DNA of 49,517 nucleotides from a virus (IMGVR_UViG_3300024249_000010:1-49517); one strand, 5' to 3'. Counted from the first letter of the stretch, positions 16,765 to 26,495 are shown. Notes: a model not told the origin generated them from the letters alone. Numbers and translations are program-made.

Positions 16765-17706
16765 TCAAAGCAAACCTCTGTCAATGGCATCGATCGCCTG
16801 TAAGTAATTGTCCCACGATATGGTAAGCACGCTCGCCAGCGCATCCCGCTCCTTTTCAATCAGCTGAATATCCTCGGAAACCAGTGCCAGGGCCCGAGAT
16901 ACAATCTTGTCCGAACCCAGTTTCACGATCAGGTCTTTAGCCGTCGCGTCCGGACAAGAGGTGAGCGCCAGCGCGATCGTGTTGCGCAGGCATTCCTCGA
17001 TTGTGATGCGGTAAGGCGGCTTTATCGCCCGGCTGCGGAAGATATGCCCGATCGCGAGCTGTTTGAACATCCGAATGGTCCCACCAGCCCGGAGCGTGCG
17101 GATGCTCATCAGCTCTTCGTCGCACCCGAAATTCTTCAGGATCCTTAACCCTCCGATCAGGTTGTACCAGCTCTTATGCAGCACGTAGCAGGCGCCCATC
17201 ATCGCGCTTAGCCGGTACATGTCTTGAGCCCGCCTGTCTTCTCTCCATTTCGCCGTCAGGATCCGCCAGCGCACCTCCGCTGTTTCATCGCAAATCACCA
17301 TGCGCGCGCCGTTATACTCCCCGATCGCAGCGTCGAGACTTGGCCGGTTTTCGTCCAGCGCAAGGCACTTGCCGCAGAGCACGAGCTGCTCAGTGCCTGG
17401 AAGAGTGCCGTAAACCTTTTCCACCCAGCGAGGCGGAAAGACCACGTGCGCGTCAGTGATCAAAATCAGGTCCGCTGTTGCTGCCTCAACTCCCAGGTGT
17501 CTCGACGGCCCGACCCCCAGCCGTTTCCTGTTCACGAGTAGTTTGATGTCCGGATCATCGACCCGGATCCGCGTCCCCGACGCGTCATCGACAAGAACGA
17601 TCTCGACGTGATACCCGCCTGTCTCACGGATGCTTTTGAGGGTGTTGTTCAATACGCCATGCCATTCATTATGGCTGGCAATCACGACGGAGACGACTGG
17701 CTTCAC
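16765..17706 (-). CDS. GT-A glycosyltransferase, polypeptide GalNAc-transferase (GT27)-like
   Basis: 'SVVIASHNE', 'EIVLVDDAS', DxH 'TDAH', 'MMGACY..KSWY..IGG', 'FGCDEELMS', 'IGHIFR..PY'. Confidence 0.85.
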   Translation of the reverse strand: MKPVVSVVIASHNEWHGVLNNTLKSIRETGGYHVEIVLVDDASGTRIRVDDPDIKLLVNRKRLGVGPSRHLGVEAATADLILITDAHVVFPPRWVEKVYGTLPGTEQLVLCGKCLALDENRPSLDAAIGEYNGARMVICDETAEVRWRILTAKWREDRRAQDMYRLSAMMGACYVLHKSWYNLIGGLRILKNFGCDEELMSIRTLRAGGTIRMFKQLAIGHIFRSRAIKPPYRITIEECLRNTIALALTSCPDATAKDLIVKLGSDKIVSRALALVSEDIQLIEKERDALASVLTISWDNYLQAIDAIDRGLL

Positions 17707-18161
17707 GAGAATCTATGAGGTGTGGTTAATGCGCGGACCAGATCCCAACCACGATCCAGCCGCTGATAAATACAGGAAGGTCTAAAGCCCAATTCCGCAG
17801 CCCAATCAACCACGCATTGAGTGCGGCCTTGAAAAGTGATCTGAATGTTCCGACCATAATTCCGAGTCTGCTGTGCGTCAGTAGCCCACCGGCAATTTCG
17901 AGGCTCATAATTTCCGCTGCTGTTTGGGAATCTGTCGATTGAATGCCCGGATGAGGGCCTCGGCCCCATGTCTGCGTAAAAGTTTTCGAACCGAAGCCAT
18001 CTTGAACAAACCGTTACACCGCGAGCGCCATACCATCGCCAGCTCGTATCATTGGGGTTTGTGCACCGAGCAATCATCTTGGCCCAAATTTTGTATTCAG
18101 CCGTGCGACCTCTCCGCCGTGCGCAGCCGTGAGTCACCTTGTCCTGATTGCGACTGCTCAT
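17703..18161 (-). CDS. HNH homing endonuclease
   Basis: 'MIARC..YGARGVTVCSRW..DMGPRPS..SIDRFPNSSGNYEPRNCRWAT'. Confidence 0.9.
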   Translation of the reverse strand: MSSRNQDKVTHGCARRRGRTAEYKIWAKMIARCTNPNDTSWRWYGARGVTVCSRWLRFENFYADMGPRPSSGHSIDRFPNSSGNYEPRNCRWATDAQQTRNYGRNIQITFQGRTQCVVDWAAELGFRPSCIYQRLDRGWDLVRALTTPHRFS

Positions 18162-18934
18162 TTCCAGACTAGATTTGCTTCGACACCGGGATCAACCCAC
18201 GGAAGGTATTTCTTGAGATCTATCACTGGCCATTTTTGATTGCGTTGCAGCCTCAGCCAATGCTCCAAAGCGCAACGGTACCCGTAAAACTCTTCTTTAT
18301 ACCGCACCTGAGACGGCAGCACGTAGGCGTAATGGTCGAACACCAAACCTTTCGACACGCTATCGCGCTTCGACATTGCCCAGCCGATTTGAGTATCCAA
18401 CTCAGGCGGCTCGTGTGTCTTGAACCTCGCGCCAGGGTGCCAGCGCCACGCCCGAAGCCATTCGCAATCACGATTCCCGTAGCTACCACTGCTCGTGATC
18501 TGGATGTTCTGCCCGACGTAATAGTTGCAGGCAAACTGGATCCGGCCCAGGTGCGGCTGTCGGATGAACTCATCAAAGATTGCCTCCAGTTGCGGCGCCG
18601 TCCAAAACTCATCAACATCGATCTCCATCAGTACGCACTCCTCTTGAGGAAAAGTCTGGAGCGCCGCGTTAAACATCTCAACTTTACCGTCCCACGACTG
18701 CTTGCCAATGGTCCTGACTCTTGGATGATCGCGCAGCGTCTGCAGATATTCGGTGGTACCGTCCCGGGATAGCCGAGGCTGCTGAGGCTTACACCAAGCC
18801 GTGCAGTGGGTATTCATCGCGGCGCCCTCAATGACCGTCCAATGCCAGGGGATATTCAGCCGATTAAAGACCGGCAGGTGCTGCGCGATAAAAGGCATCG
18901 CGTCCAAACAAATTGTCACAATATTCAGGTGCAT
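18158..18934 (-). CDS. GT2-like glycosyltransferase
   Basis: 'VIEGAA', 'SRDGTTEYL', DxD 'EIDVDEFW', 'FDHYAYV'. Confidence 0.75.
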   Translation of the reverse strand: MHLNIVTICLDAMPFIAQHLPVFNRLNIPWHWTVIEGAAMNTHCTAWCKPQQPRLSRDGTTEYLQTLRDHPRVRTIGKQSWDGKVEMFNAALQTFPQEECVLMEIDVDEFWTAPQLEAIFDEFIRQPHLGRIQFACNYYVGQNIQITSSGSYGNRDCEWLRAWRWHPGARFKTHEPPELDTQIGWAMSKRDSVSKGLVFDHYAYVLPSQVRYKEEFYGYRCALEHWLRLQRNQKWPVIDLKKYLPWVDPGVEANLVWK

Positions 18935-19131
18935 TTAGCTTCCTTCCACGTCTGCCGTAAGACGTGCTCAGTGATCACGTCCTTTTTGAGCAACCGACAC
19001 AGCTCATCTATTTCTCTGTTGGTCAGCTCTGCCATCGTCGAGCCAACGGGCCCGTCGCACGCCAGCGTCCGGTTTTCGGCCGACTCGATGATTGCTACTG
19101 CGCGCTTCAACGATCGCTTTGAGATTTTCAT
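18925..19131 (-). CDS. hypothetical protein
   Basis: Overlap-coupled short ORF. Confidence 0.6.
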   Translation of the reverse strand: MKISKRSLKRAVAIIESAENRTLACDGPVGSTMAELTNREIDELCRLLKKDVITEHVLRQTWKEAKCT

Positions 19132-19427
19132 TGGTGATGCAGGTAGACTTTTGAGCTGTGAAGTTTGTCTGAGCGCGCTTTCTGGATCGGGAAATGATTG
19201 ATGTCACCCACCTCGGCCATGCGATCGAGCCAAAACATTACGTGCCCTAGCTCCGTTTCAAGCATGATCCGGTTAGTGGGCCCTTCCGGATTGCTTGGAT
19301 GCGTCGACTCGTACCCGTGCCGCCAGATCTTGTTGATGATTTGAATCACCTCGGCGCACTCTTCGGAGAGGCACGCTAGGCGCTCCTGCTCATCAGGGGT
19401 CAAATCGTGGAATGGTTCGTTTTTCAT
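19128..19427 (-). CDS. MazG-like NTP pyrophosphohydrolase
   Basis: 'LSEECAEVIQ..K..RHG..N..MLETELGHV'. Confidence 0.8.
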   Translation of the reverse strand: MKNEPFHDLTPDEQERLACLSEECAEVIQIINKIWRHGYESTHPSNPEGPTNRIMLETELGHVMFWLDRMAEVGDINHFPIQKARSDKLHSSKVYLHHQ

Positions 19428-20011
19428 TGTTTTACAAAGATCAGATTGTGCTCTGTCTTGTGCGCTACCTTGTACCCATCAGTCCACATTCGGCTAGCCA
19501 GCGCCGTCTCTTGCGATGGCAGATCCCGAGTCTGAAACTCCATAATCACGATTCTCGGGAAATACCTAGCAGCGGCGCCGCTGTCCCACACGTCCAATTC
19601 ACTGCCCTCAGTGTCGATGGATAGCAGGTCGCACCCCTTGTCAGCATACGCTAATAGCGATAGCAGGGGTACAACCGGGACAAGGATCGATTTGTCCCAT
19701 TGCTGCGTAAGGCCAGAAGTCCCACGGTCTGCTGTGTTAACTTTGAATTCGGCCAAGTGTCCGTATCTCCAAACATTACCAACGGCCGCGCAAATCGTTT
19801 GAGCCTTTCGGAACTTAAAACATTCGGCTGCTAGCTCAGGATCCGGTTCGACACAGATGCCGCTCCAGCCAAGATCCTCGAAAGCCAAGGTGTTCGAACA
19901 GTTGTAACCATTGAAGGCGCCAACCTCGATAAAGAAGCCCGGGGCCGGTTTAAGGTTTTCGAAGATCCACCGATCTTCGCCGTGTTGACTCATGAATCGT
20001 GGTTCGCTCAT
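19424..20011 (-). CDS. FkbM-family methyltransferase
   Basis: 'SQHGED', 'FFIEVGAFNG..SNT..E..GWSGICVEP', 'DLLSIDTEGSEL'. Confidence 0.9.
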   Translation of the reverse strand: MSEPRFMSQHGEDRWIFENLKPAPGFFIEVGAFNGYNCSNTLAFEDLGWSGICVEPDPELAAECFKFRKAQTICAAVGNVWRYGHLAEFKVNTADRGTSGLTQQWDKSILVPVVPLLSLLAYADKGCDLLSIDTEGSELDVWDSGAAARYFPRIVIMEFQTRDLPSQETALASRMWTDGYKVAHKTEHNLIFVKQ

Positions 20012-20766
20012 ACGTCGTAGTGCATTCGGCTGGGAGCCCGAGTGCAATCCTCAAGTTTGCGCCGGTAGGACTCATCAGAATCAGCATATATTTGGCTGTG
20101 CTTATCCCACACGAGCATTTCTCTTTGATCGCCACTTCGGAATCCGCCCGGCGTTAAGATCGCTTTCTTCCAATCGAAAACGCCATCGAACCGCACCACC
20201 TTGACCGGCCCTCTGCGCAGCATCCAGTCAGTGATCGAAAGCATGCCTTTGCCGACTTCGGGATGCGTGTATGGAACACCCGCCTCGAAACACGGGCCCA
20301 GCGCACGGCTGTCAATCGTCCAGGGGTAAGACTGGTAATCTTTCACGTCGAGCAAGTACGAGCGCACGCAGACATGCCCTTTGTACTGATGTGATGAACT
20401 GGTACCGTATAGACCGGGCCCGAATTTCTCTCGCGCCTTAATTAGCTCCGCAAGCCAGCCGTCGCGATGGAAGTAAGAACGCGTTGAGAAGCTGACTACC
20501 AGATCGTCAGGCGGCAGGAGATGCGCCATCCATTGAGCGGCGCCAATGTCCCACCCTTGCCCCGGATAATGCGTCGGCTCATGGTTGATTCCATTAAACA
20601 AGGATTTCAACTCATCGTTCCATTCTGCTGTGTAGACCGGATGCAACAGGTAATCGGCGCCAGGGTCGATTCTTACCAGCGTTGAGAGGTACCGATTCAC
20701 GAAAGGCTTGAAGGTCTCCCAGACGGCGGGCGTTTCGTTTGGTATAGGCAATGTGAGGTGTGTCAT
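20008..20766 (-). CDS. hypothetical protein, possible glycosyltransferase-like
   Basis: 'GWDIGA' reminiscent of RgpF/GT-A proteins; located inside the glycosylation cluster. Confidence 0.5.
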   Translation of the reverse strand: MTHLTLPIPNETPAVWETFKPFVNRYLSTLVRIDPGADYLLHPVYTAEWNDELKSLFNGINHEPTHYPGQGWDIGAAQWMAHLLPPDDLVVSFSTRSYFHRDGWLAELIKAREKFGPGLYGTSSSHQYKGHVCVRSYLLDVKDYQSYPWTIDSRALGPCFEAGVPYTHPEVGKGMLSITDWMLRRGPVKVVRFDGVFDWKKAILTPGGFRSGDQREMLVWDKHSQIYADSDESYRRKLEDCTRAPSRMHYDV

Positions 20767-21461
20767 TTTTCAGAGTGAGCGATTATGTCCCAGCCGCGTT
20801 TGTACTTCTCAGTAGCAACGGTCCGGCCGTGAAAACCGAAGCTATTAGATTCCTGATCTGTTTGTTCAGTCGCAAAGCGCAGCGCAACATCTGGCGGCGC
20901 AAACCTCGCGCCTTGTCGTTCGAACCATTTCCGCTGTAAACGACACACGTAAACATCTGATGCAGTAGTTGTGATCTCCTCAGTAATTGGCATCTGCAGA
21001 CAGAGATCCATCATGCGGGATGTTTGCAGGCAAAACCCACCATTACCAACGAGCAATTCCGATCCCCACCCGGACCCAAGCGGCCAGCCGCCACACTGTT
21101 TTGGATCCCACGGAGCGCCGATATAATCGTACTTCAGAAAGTCGTCAGACCACAGCGACGGGTTGATTGGAAAGCCGTCTTCATGGACGGAAAGAGCATA
21201 CGCAGCACCGGTAGCCAACAGGTCGCGCGGCGCGCCAAGGTTGCAAAATACGTTGAAGGTGCTGATGTCCATGATTGGAATCCAGAGCCGATCAATGTCT
21301 GGCCCGACTTCACACAGCGGACAGAACAGTACCGGCTTGTGATCAGTGTCGAATATCCTCATGCAATAGCGCAGAACCCGGATCGTCTTGTCCACCATCC
21401 ATTGCTCGCCACTGATGCACGCACCCCAAATGATTAAGCCCGGACACCTGATTTTATTCAT
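20763..21461 (-). CDS. DUF5672 family protein (GT-associated)
   Basis: 'HEDGF..W.DDFLKYDYIGAPW', 'VGNGGFCL', 'FAP..A.RFA.E', 'FGFHG'. Confidence 0.85.
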   Translation of the reverse strand: MNKIRCPGLIIWGACISGEQWMVDKTIRVLRYCMRIFDTDHKPVLFCPLCEVGPDIDRLWIPIMDISTFNVFCNLGAPRDLLATGAAYALSVHEDGFPINPSLWSDDFLKYDYIGAPWDPKQCGGWPLGSGWGSELLVGNGGFCLQTSRMMDLCLQMPITEEITTTASDVYVCRLQRKWFERQGARFAPPDVALRFATEQTDQESNSFGFHGRTVATEKYKRGWDIIAHSEK

Positions 21462-22429
21462 AACAAAACCGCGCCCATCCCATGCCGATCACGCCAGTAG
21501 TCCCGGGTATCCTTGTTGACGTACTGCAAAAAGCGAAGTTTGCCGGGCCAGTTATCGTAACCAACAATCGCCCGCACATGCGCCTCAAAGGTCTTTCTGG
21601 CGTATTGCTCCCACGAACGCTTGTCGAAGACCACTTCACTCAACAAAGCTGCCTCAGGACCAAACCCAGCGTCGCCCAGCGCCTTTATAGTGCGAGTGAA
21701 GGAATCGCCGCGCAGGTTAATCACCTCTGCCCAGACGTGCTCACACCGGTCCGCCCGGATCGCCGCCATCATTTCCTCTGCGAACCGATCGTAGTTAGTC
21801 TGCGGCAGCGACGGACAAATCATGCCAAAGGTCCGATGCCCGTTGTCCTGAAGCCAGTGCAGGCTCTGCAGGCGCTTCGAAACAAAAGGTGTTCCTTGCT
21901 CAAACGCCACCGCCAGCTTGTCATTGAGAGTACCGGTACTGACCCCGTAAATGATCCTCTCTCGCGCTCTGGCGTTAAGAGTTGTCTGAGAAAGCTGCTT
22001 TGCAACGATTGGCAGCAAATTCGACTTCGATAATAACCGGATGTGCCACTCGGTTTTTTCGAGGATCAACAGACAAGCCTGGACCGTTTCCCGCACAAGA
22101 TCCATGTTCGCCGCCACGTCGACCAGTGGACTCGCGTAAATCACCAGCTTCTGATCCGCCAGCTCACGGCCGCGCTTACTATCGAGCTGTTTGATTAACG
22201 CACGCAGGGCCCCCTCGCGCCGGATCACCACGTCTTCGAACTTTTCTTTGATGCCTTCGACGTGTGGACTTTTCCGCATTAGATCGGGCACAAAACAAAA
22301 TGCACACTGGTAGACGCACGCGCTACCAGTGGAAAAGGTAGGGCCGTCGCACAGGAGTTTGTGTTTGAATCCAGAATCCCAATTTATTACTGACTTTGCG
22401 GGAACCCAGTAAACCGGCTTACCTGCCAT
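21458..22429 (-). CDS. radical SAM protein (spore photoproduct lyase-like clade)
   Basis: CxxxCxxC 'CVYQCAFC', 'RLLSKSNL', 'FEQGTP..KRL', 'GMICP'; start uncertain because the frame is open to 22618 under the HNH gene. Confidence 0.85.
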   Translation of the reverse strand: MAGKPVYWVPAKSVINWDSGFKHKLLCDGPTFSTGSACVYQCAFCFVPDLMRKSPHVEGIKEKFEDVVIRREGALRALIKQLDSKRGRELADQKLVIYASPLVDVAANMDLVRETVQACLLILEKTEWHIRLLSKSNLLPIVAKQLSQTTLNARARERIIYGVSTGTLNDKLAVAFEQGTPFVSKRLQSLHWLQDNGHRTFGMICPSLPQTNYDRFAEEMMAAIRADRCEHVWAEVINLRGDSFTRTIKALGDAGFGPEAALLSEVVFDKRSWEQYARKTFEAHVRAIVGYDNWPGKLRFLQYVNKDTRDYWRDRHGMGAVLL

Positions 22430-22943
22430 TGTGTCCCGGGAGATAGCTTCTTTCACGCCCCCACCTGTTGAATCTTGTAAATTCAAGTCCGCATCCGCAT
22501 CTGCATTTTCGTTTGGTTTGATCATAGCGTTTACCTTTATTTTTCCGCGCGTGACCGGTGAGATACCGTCGCCGTCTCCGATGTGTGTCATATTTCCGAA
22601 ACCGCGCACCACAGCCACACCCGCAGCTAACTAATGGATTCGCTGCTCCCCATGGCTGGAGGTCGGACAACACGCGGCGATGATGACTCAAATGCTCTCC
22701 GTTTGTCCGAAATACTCGCAAGTTTGATCTGCGATTGTTACCTCGGTTGTGCCTGCCGGTTTTTCGATGATGAACGACTTCGCGCGGCTTTAATTTCCGT
22801 CTCAAAAGTTTCTCGGCTCGCAACCGATGCTCGTACGCGTAACCCCTGCAATCGGCCAGATGATGCGCTTTCCCAACAAACACCAGCCTGTAACCGCGTG
22901 GATCAGTGATAGCTCCGCCTGAGTAATTCGGGTGACGCTTCAT
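22419..22943 (-). CDS. HNH homing endonuclease with two CxCGCG repeats
   Basis: 'GYAYEHRL.AE..L.R.L..EVVHH..N..SNL', 'CGCGCG..RYLTGH', 'CRCGCG..YLPGHN'. Confidence 0.85.
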   Translation of the reverse strand: MKRHPNYSGGAITDPRGYRLVFVGKAHHLADCRGYAYEHRLRAEKLLRRKLKPREVVHHRKTGRHNRGNNRRSNLRVFRTNGEHLSHHRRVLSDLQPWGAANPLVSCGCGCGARFRKYDTHRRRRRYLTGHARKNKGKRYDQTKRKCRCGCGLEFTRFNRWGRERSYLPGHNGR

Positions 22944-23134
22944 TTTTGCGCGTTGCGTTTCCATAATCTGTAATTGCTCTTGAGAAATAGCCAAACCACC
23001 CGGGGATGCCATGGCCCTTTGCCGCGTTTGATCCGTTCACGCAGCCAGCTAACTTCGTCCATACTCAGCGCGATCTTGTCCGCAACTTCTGCGGTTGCTA
23101 TCGCTTCTGGAAGCCACTCTGGCATTTTTCCCAT
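22940..23134 (-). CDS. hypothetical protein
   Basis: Coupled to both neighbours. Confidence 0.55.
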   Translation of the reverse strand: MGKMPEWLPEAIATAEVADKIALSMDEVSWLRERIKRGKGPWHPRVVWLFLKSNYRLWKRNAQK

Positions 23135-23135
23135 A

Positions 23136-23336
23136 TCAATCCGGGCACGCGCCCCAGTAGTCACCGATATACACTTGATGCGGACGGATCTCGCGGAGCG
23201 CCTCCCGAGTCAGCTCGATTTTCAATTCATCGCTGGAGCCAGTTTCGAACTTCACGAGACAAATCCGCTCGTGATAACCCTTCTCGATGGCACGCGCTTT
23301 CGCGTCCTCACTTGCGGCTGTTATGATGCTTACCAT
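23136..23336 (-). CDS. hypothetical protein
   Basis: ATG 4 nt after the upstream stop. Confidence 0.55.
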   Translation of the reverse strand: MVSIITAASEDAKARAIEKGYHERICLVKFETGSSDELKIELTREALREIRPHQVYIGDYWGACPD

Positions 23337-23340
23337 AATT

Positions 23341-25686
23341 TTAGATCGTCCCACTCGGGAAAAAGTGCAGCTCAGGCAGGTGCTTTGCCGCCCATGCCTG
23401 GAATAACTTGCGGTTGTGAACATTCCCGGGTTGCCGATCGACGGTCGCCGGGTCCGACCATCTCGCCGGATGAAACTTGTGGATGAGGTAGCCCCGTGGC
23501 AAATCTGCCGGATGTAACCCGTACTCAAGGTTTGCCCGCGTCGTTTGAATACCAAAATGCAGCCGAACGATAGCGCACAGATTCAAATCCCAGTCTGAGG
23601 AGCCGATAATCCAGTCTGGGATCTCTTCCCAATGATCCAGCCACCAGCGTTTTGTTGCAGCGAACAAATCGCGGCCCATGTGCTGACGCCCCTCCTTAGC
23701 AAACAGCTCTGGCGGGTTGCGCAGAGGCGGAATGTCTCGATCCATGAATTCGCACCTCGACGAAGCGCAACAGCCATAGACCGACACCCAGAATCGAACC
23801 AGCGCAGGCAGCTGCGGGTGCAGGACGTTATCGTCATTGGTGAACATCACAATGTCATCCATCGTCGCCTGCTCCATGCCATGCGCGATCACGTCTTTAA
23901 CGAAAGGCAAACTCCGAGTCTCGCCAATCGACAGCGCGTTGCGCGGATAATTCCATAGGTGCGCCGGTACCATTTCGCCAGAAGCGTAGAGCTGATCCCA
24001 GGATTCCCACGCAAACGTCTTCCGCTTTCTCTCGATCGGGTTAGTCTCCTCGTGACGCTCGACAACGTGGAAAATCTGACGGGACGGAGCTTCCCGAGGC
24101 GGGTGTTCCAACGACTCGGAGAGCACCCTGGAGCCTTTCCAATCAAATGCCCGGTCGATAGCACGGCAAACCTGATCAAAGGCAGCTAAACCGGCCGGGT
24201 CGAAATACGGTATCCTCAAAAAGCAGTCACCACGGATCTCTGAGCCTTGCCAATTCGTCGGATTAACCAAAGCGATAAGCGGTACGCCAGTGGCAGCCGC
24301 CAAATGCAAAAGCGCCGTATCGATGCTGACAACAGCAACCGCTCTCTCCATCAGCCCGAGCAAGTCGTAAATATGCGGCAACTGATAATCTGCCACGTCG
24401 ACAATGTGAAATTCCTGAAATTGCAAACGTAGCTTGGACATGAGCTGATCACCGTGAGCGTACGGACTGGATACGCTCTTTCGGACGTTGACGATCAGCA
24501 TTGGCTTTCCCTCCGGATTCGATTTCCGATAGAAAGCACCCTCGGCAGCGACGTCTCTTTGATCAAACACCGGTCTCCAGCTCTTATCCTCAAACTTGTG
24601 AAGAAAACCAGCCATGCGCCAGGACTCACGATTGTACGACTTGCAAAACCGGATTTGTTCCCAGTTACGGCCCCAAATCTGAGCCTGGATCACGTGGCGA
24701 TAATTGCGGTTTGCGTGCTCGATCGCGTCGCGGATCCGGGTATTGTCCAAATCCATTCCAATCGGGTGCACGTAGCTGATGCCATCGAATACGGATATGA
24801 ATTCCTTTGAGACGATCCAATGCGGCTTACCGTAATTGTCCGCGATATGCTTCGCGATCGGGAGTGCGTTGATAATGTCGCCGTAACGGCCCAACAGAAC
24901 GATCGCTACGTCATCGCCCGGCTTTTTTTTTGCGTGCTTCAGCTCTTGCATCTTTACGTAACCCAAAGCCTTTGCGAGCCAATCGAGTTGAACCTTAGGC
25001 GCCAATCGGACAGCTCCGGACGGCTCTTTGCCACTCGACATGCGCCGGTGCAGGTCCGCCTCGATGCCACGGTGAGCGCCGGGATCTTCACCGTTCCCAG
25101 AGAAATGCCACGTGCCTTGTCCCCAACGGTAAACAAAGGTTGGCAGCGTAATGATCGGCACTTTGGCGCCGCCATACTTTGCCGTGACCTTTGAAATGAA
25201 ATTGCGATCCTCCCCGACACCCATCGCCGTGTAGCCGCCAACGCCTAACCATGCCGCTTTTGTGAATGCGAACAACGGACAGGACCCCGGCACTATGCCC
25301 TTGATCTCTTCACCCTCGGAGTAAAACTCTTTGTCGAGCCAGAGCCAATCATGCGCCGCGAAATTTTCTGCGTAGGTCCGGAAATGGTGCGGGAGAATGA
25401 TGTCGTCATCATCGACCGTGATGATATGCGTCCCACTCGATCGCTCGATGGCAAAATTGCGAGCCTCACCCAGAGACGGCGGACGTTTTTCCAAGTTGTA
25501 GATCTTTACGCCTGTAGCATCCAGAGAGAGCTGCTGCTGCGGGCAGGTGTTCAAGACGATTAACTCTTTTGGCCCGGCGTAGTCTTGGTTGAGAAAGCAC
25601 TGGATCGCTTCCTGCAACCAATGGACACGACCGTAGGTAACGGTGATTCCGGAAAGGAACGGTTGCTCGATCGTTATCTCACTCAT
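23341..25686 (-). CDS. three-domain glycosyltransferase fusion (GT2 + GT9-like + further GT-A-like domain)
   Basis: 'TYGR..L.EAI.CFL.QDY..DDDD..GED'; 'LGRYGDII.ALP..SIDTALLHLAAA.GVP.IAL'; 'PFVKDVI..FTNDDN..GRDLFA'. Confidence 0.85.
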   Translation of the reverse strand: MSEITIEQPFLSGITVTYGRVHWLQEAIQCFLNQDYAGPKELIVLNTCPQQQLSLDATGVKIYNLEKRPPSLGEARNFAIERSSGTHIITVDDDDIILPHHFRTYAENFAAHDWLWLDKEFYSEGEEIKGIVPGSCPLFAFTKAAWLGVGGYTAMGVGEDRNFISKVTAKYGGAKVPIITLPTFVYRWGQGTWHFSGNGEDPGAHRGIEADLHRRMSSGKEPSGAVRLAPKVQLDWLAKALGYVKMQELKHAKKKPGDDVAIVLLGRYGDIINALPIAKHIADNYGKPHWIVSKEFISVFDGISYVHPIGMDLDNTRIRDAIEHANRNYRHVIQAQIWGRNWEQIRFCKSYNRESWRMAGFLHKFEDKSWRPVFDQRDVAAEGAFYRKSNPEGKPMLIVNVRKSVSSPYAHGDQLMSKLRLQFQEFHIVDVADYQLPHIYDLLGLMERAVAVVSIDTALLHLAAATGVPLIALVNPTNWQGSEIRGDCFLRIPYFDPAGLAAFDQVCRAIDRAFDWKGSRVLSESLEHPPREAPSRQIFHVVERHEETNPIERKRKTFAWESWDQLYASGEMVPAHLWNYPRNALSIGETRSLPFVKDVIAHGMEQATMDDIVMFTNDDNVLHPQLPALVRFWVSVYGCCASSRCEFMDRDIPPLRNPPELFAKEGRQHMGRDLFAATKRWWLDHWEEIPDWIIGSSDWDLNLCAIVRLHFGIQTTRANLEYGLHPADLPRGYLIHKFHPARWSDPATVDRQPGNVHNRKLFQAWAAKHLPELHFFPSGTI

Positions 25687-25705
25687 ATATGACTATGCGC
25701 CGCGC

Positions 25706-25734
25706 ATTCTGGTGTTAACCCCGTTAGCTGTCAA
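25706..25734 (-). promoter_or_regulatory. sigma70-type promoter for the glycosylation cluster
   Basis: TTGACA-17 bp-CAGAAT on the minus strand, about 20 nt before ATG 25686. Confidence 0.7.
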
Positions 25735-25812
25735 CATATTTATTTTCTGATCACCTGTTCAGGCGATCGCACGTGCCAGCTGGCCGTTTTCGACACTTCG
25801 GAAAAAGCGGCA

Positions 25813-25821
25813 TGGTAAAAT
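25813..25821 (+). promoter_or_regulatory. extended -10 promoter
   Basis: TGgTAAAAT followed by a short hairpin and ATG 25861. Confidence 0.5.
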
Positions 25822-25860
25822 TATAGTGGTGATCGAATGGTTCGATCCCACAACAAACGC

Positions 25861-26151
25861 ATGACAAAACAACAGTTAGTAAAGTTCGTGAAGACCAGAA
25901 ACGCCTCCGAGTACCTCAGCAATATGCAGTGGCAGACTGACGCTGAGGAGTGTGGATTCAAATCCACTGAGTTAGGGGAACCAAAGAACCTACTCAACAT
26001 GGAGAATCAGCTTGGCGGGTACTTCTGGGAGACTGAGCACGGCTGTCTAGTCGAGGCTCCCTTTCAACGACCACGGCTGATCCTGTGGCAGAACTGGGAA
26101 GCCTTTAAGTCGAAGTACCCGAAAGTCGAAGAGGCGATCAGGATGTCCTAA
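25861..26151 (+). CDS. hypothetical protein (counter-oriented, moron-like)
   Basis: Only plausible ORF in the gap; has own promoter. Confidence 0.7.
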   Translation: MTKQQLVKFVKTRNASEYLSNMQWQTDAEECGFKSTELGEPKNLLNMENQLGGYFWETEHGCLVEAPFQRPRLILWQNWEAFKSKYPKVEEAIRMS

Positions 26152-26495
26152 CGCGAAAGGTGCAACCGGCGCCGGACTGTTGTGCGCTCACCGCGCAGCC
26201 GTCCGGTGTTCGGTTGAATCCCCTCAGCGCGATCGTCGTACATCTTGGTAAAGTATGGCTTTTTCAAATTCGTCACCGGAAGCCGGTGACCAAGATGCTT
26301 CTCTGTCCAGTCCTGAATCTCACTGATCGCTTTGTGGTTGGTCGCGCGAGCCGTGAAGATCTCGACGTCATCCCCGGCCGCAAGGTGCGCTTTGATTCGG
26401 CGCACCATCCGGGGAATCGGCTTGCCGATAACGTCCATGCCGGGCTTGTGAAAGGCCAAGGTACCGTCGAAGTCGCAGCCAATGCACTGTTTCAT
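26148..26495 (-). CDS. HAD-superfamily phosphatase
   Basis: 'CDFDGTL', 'IFTAR', 'VTNLK', 'YDDRA'. Confidence 0.88.
   Translation of the reverse strand: MKQCIGCDFDGTLAFHKPGMDVIGKPIPRMVRRIKAHLAAGDDVEIFTARATNHKAISEIQDWTEKHLGHRLPVTNLKKPYFTKMYDDRAEGIQPNTGRLRGERTTVRRRLHLSR

Noticed and set aside
25826-25852. GGTTCGATCCC resembling a tRNA T-arm
   Set aside because: It is one arm of a simple hairpin; no acceptor stem, D-arm or anticodon arm could be built
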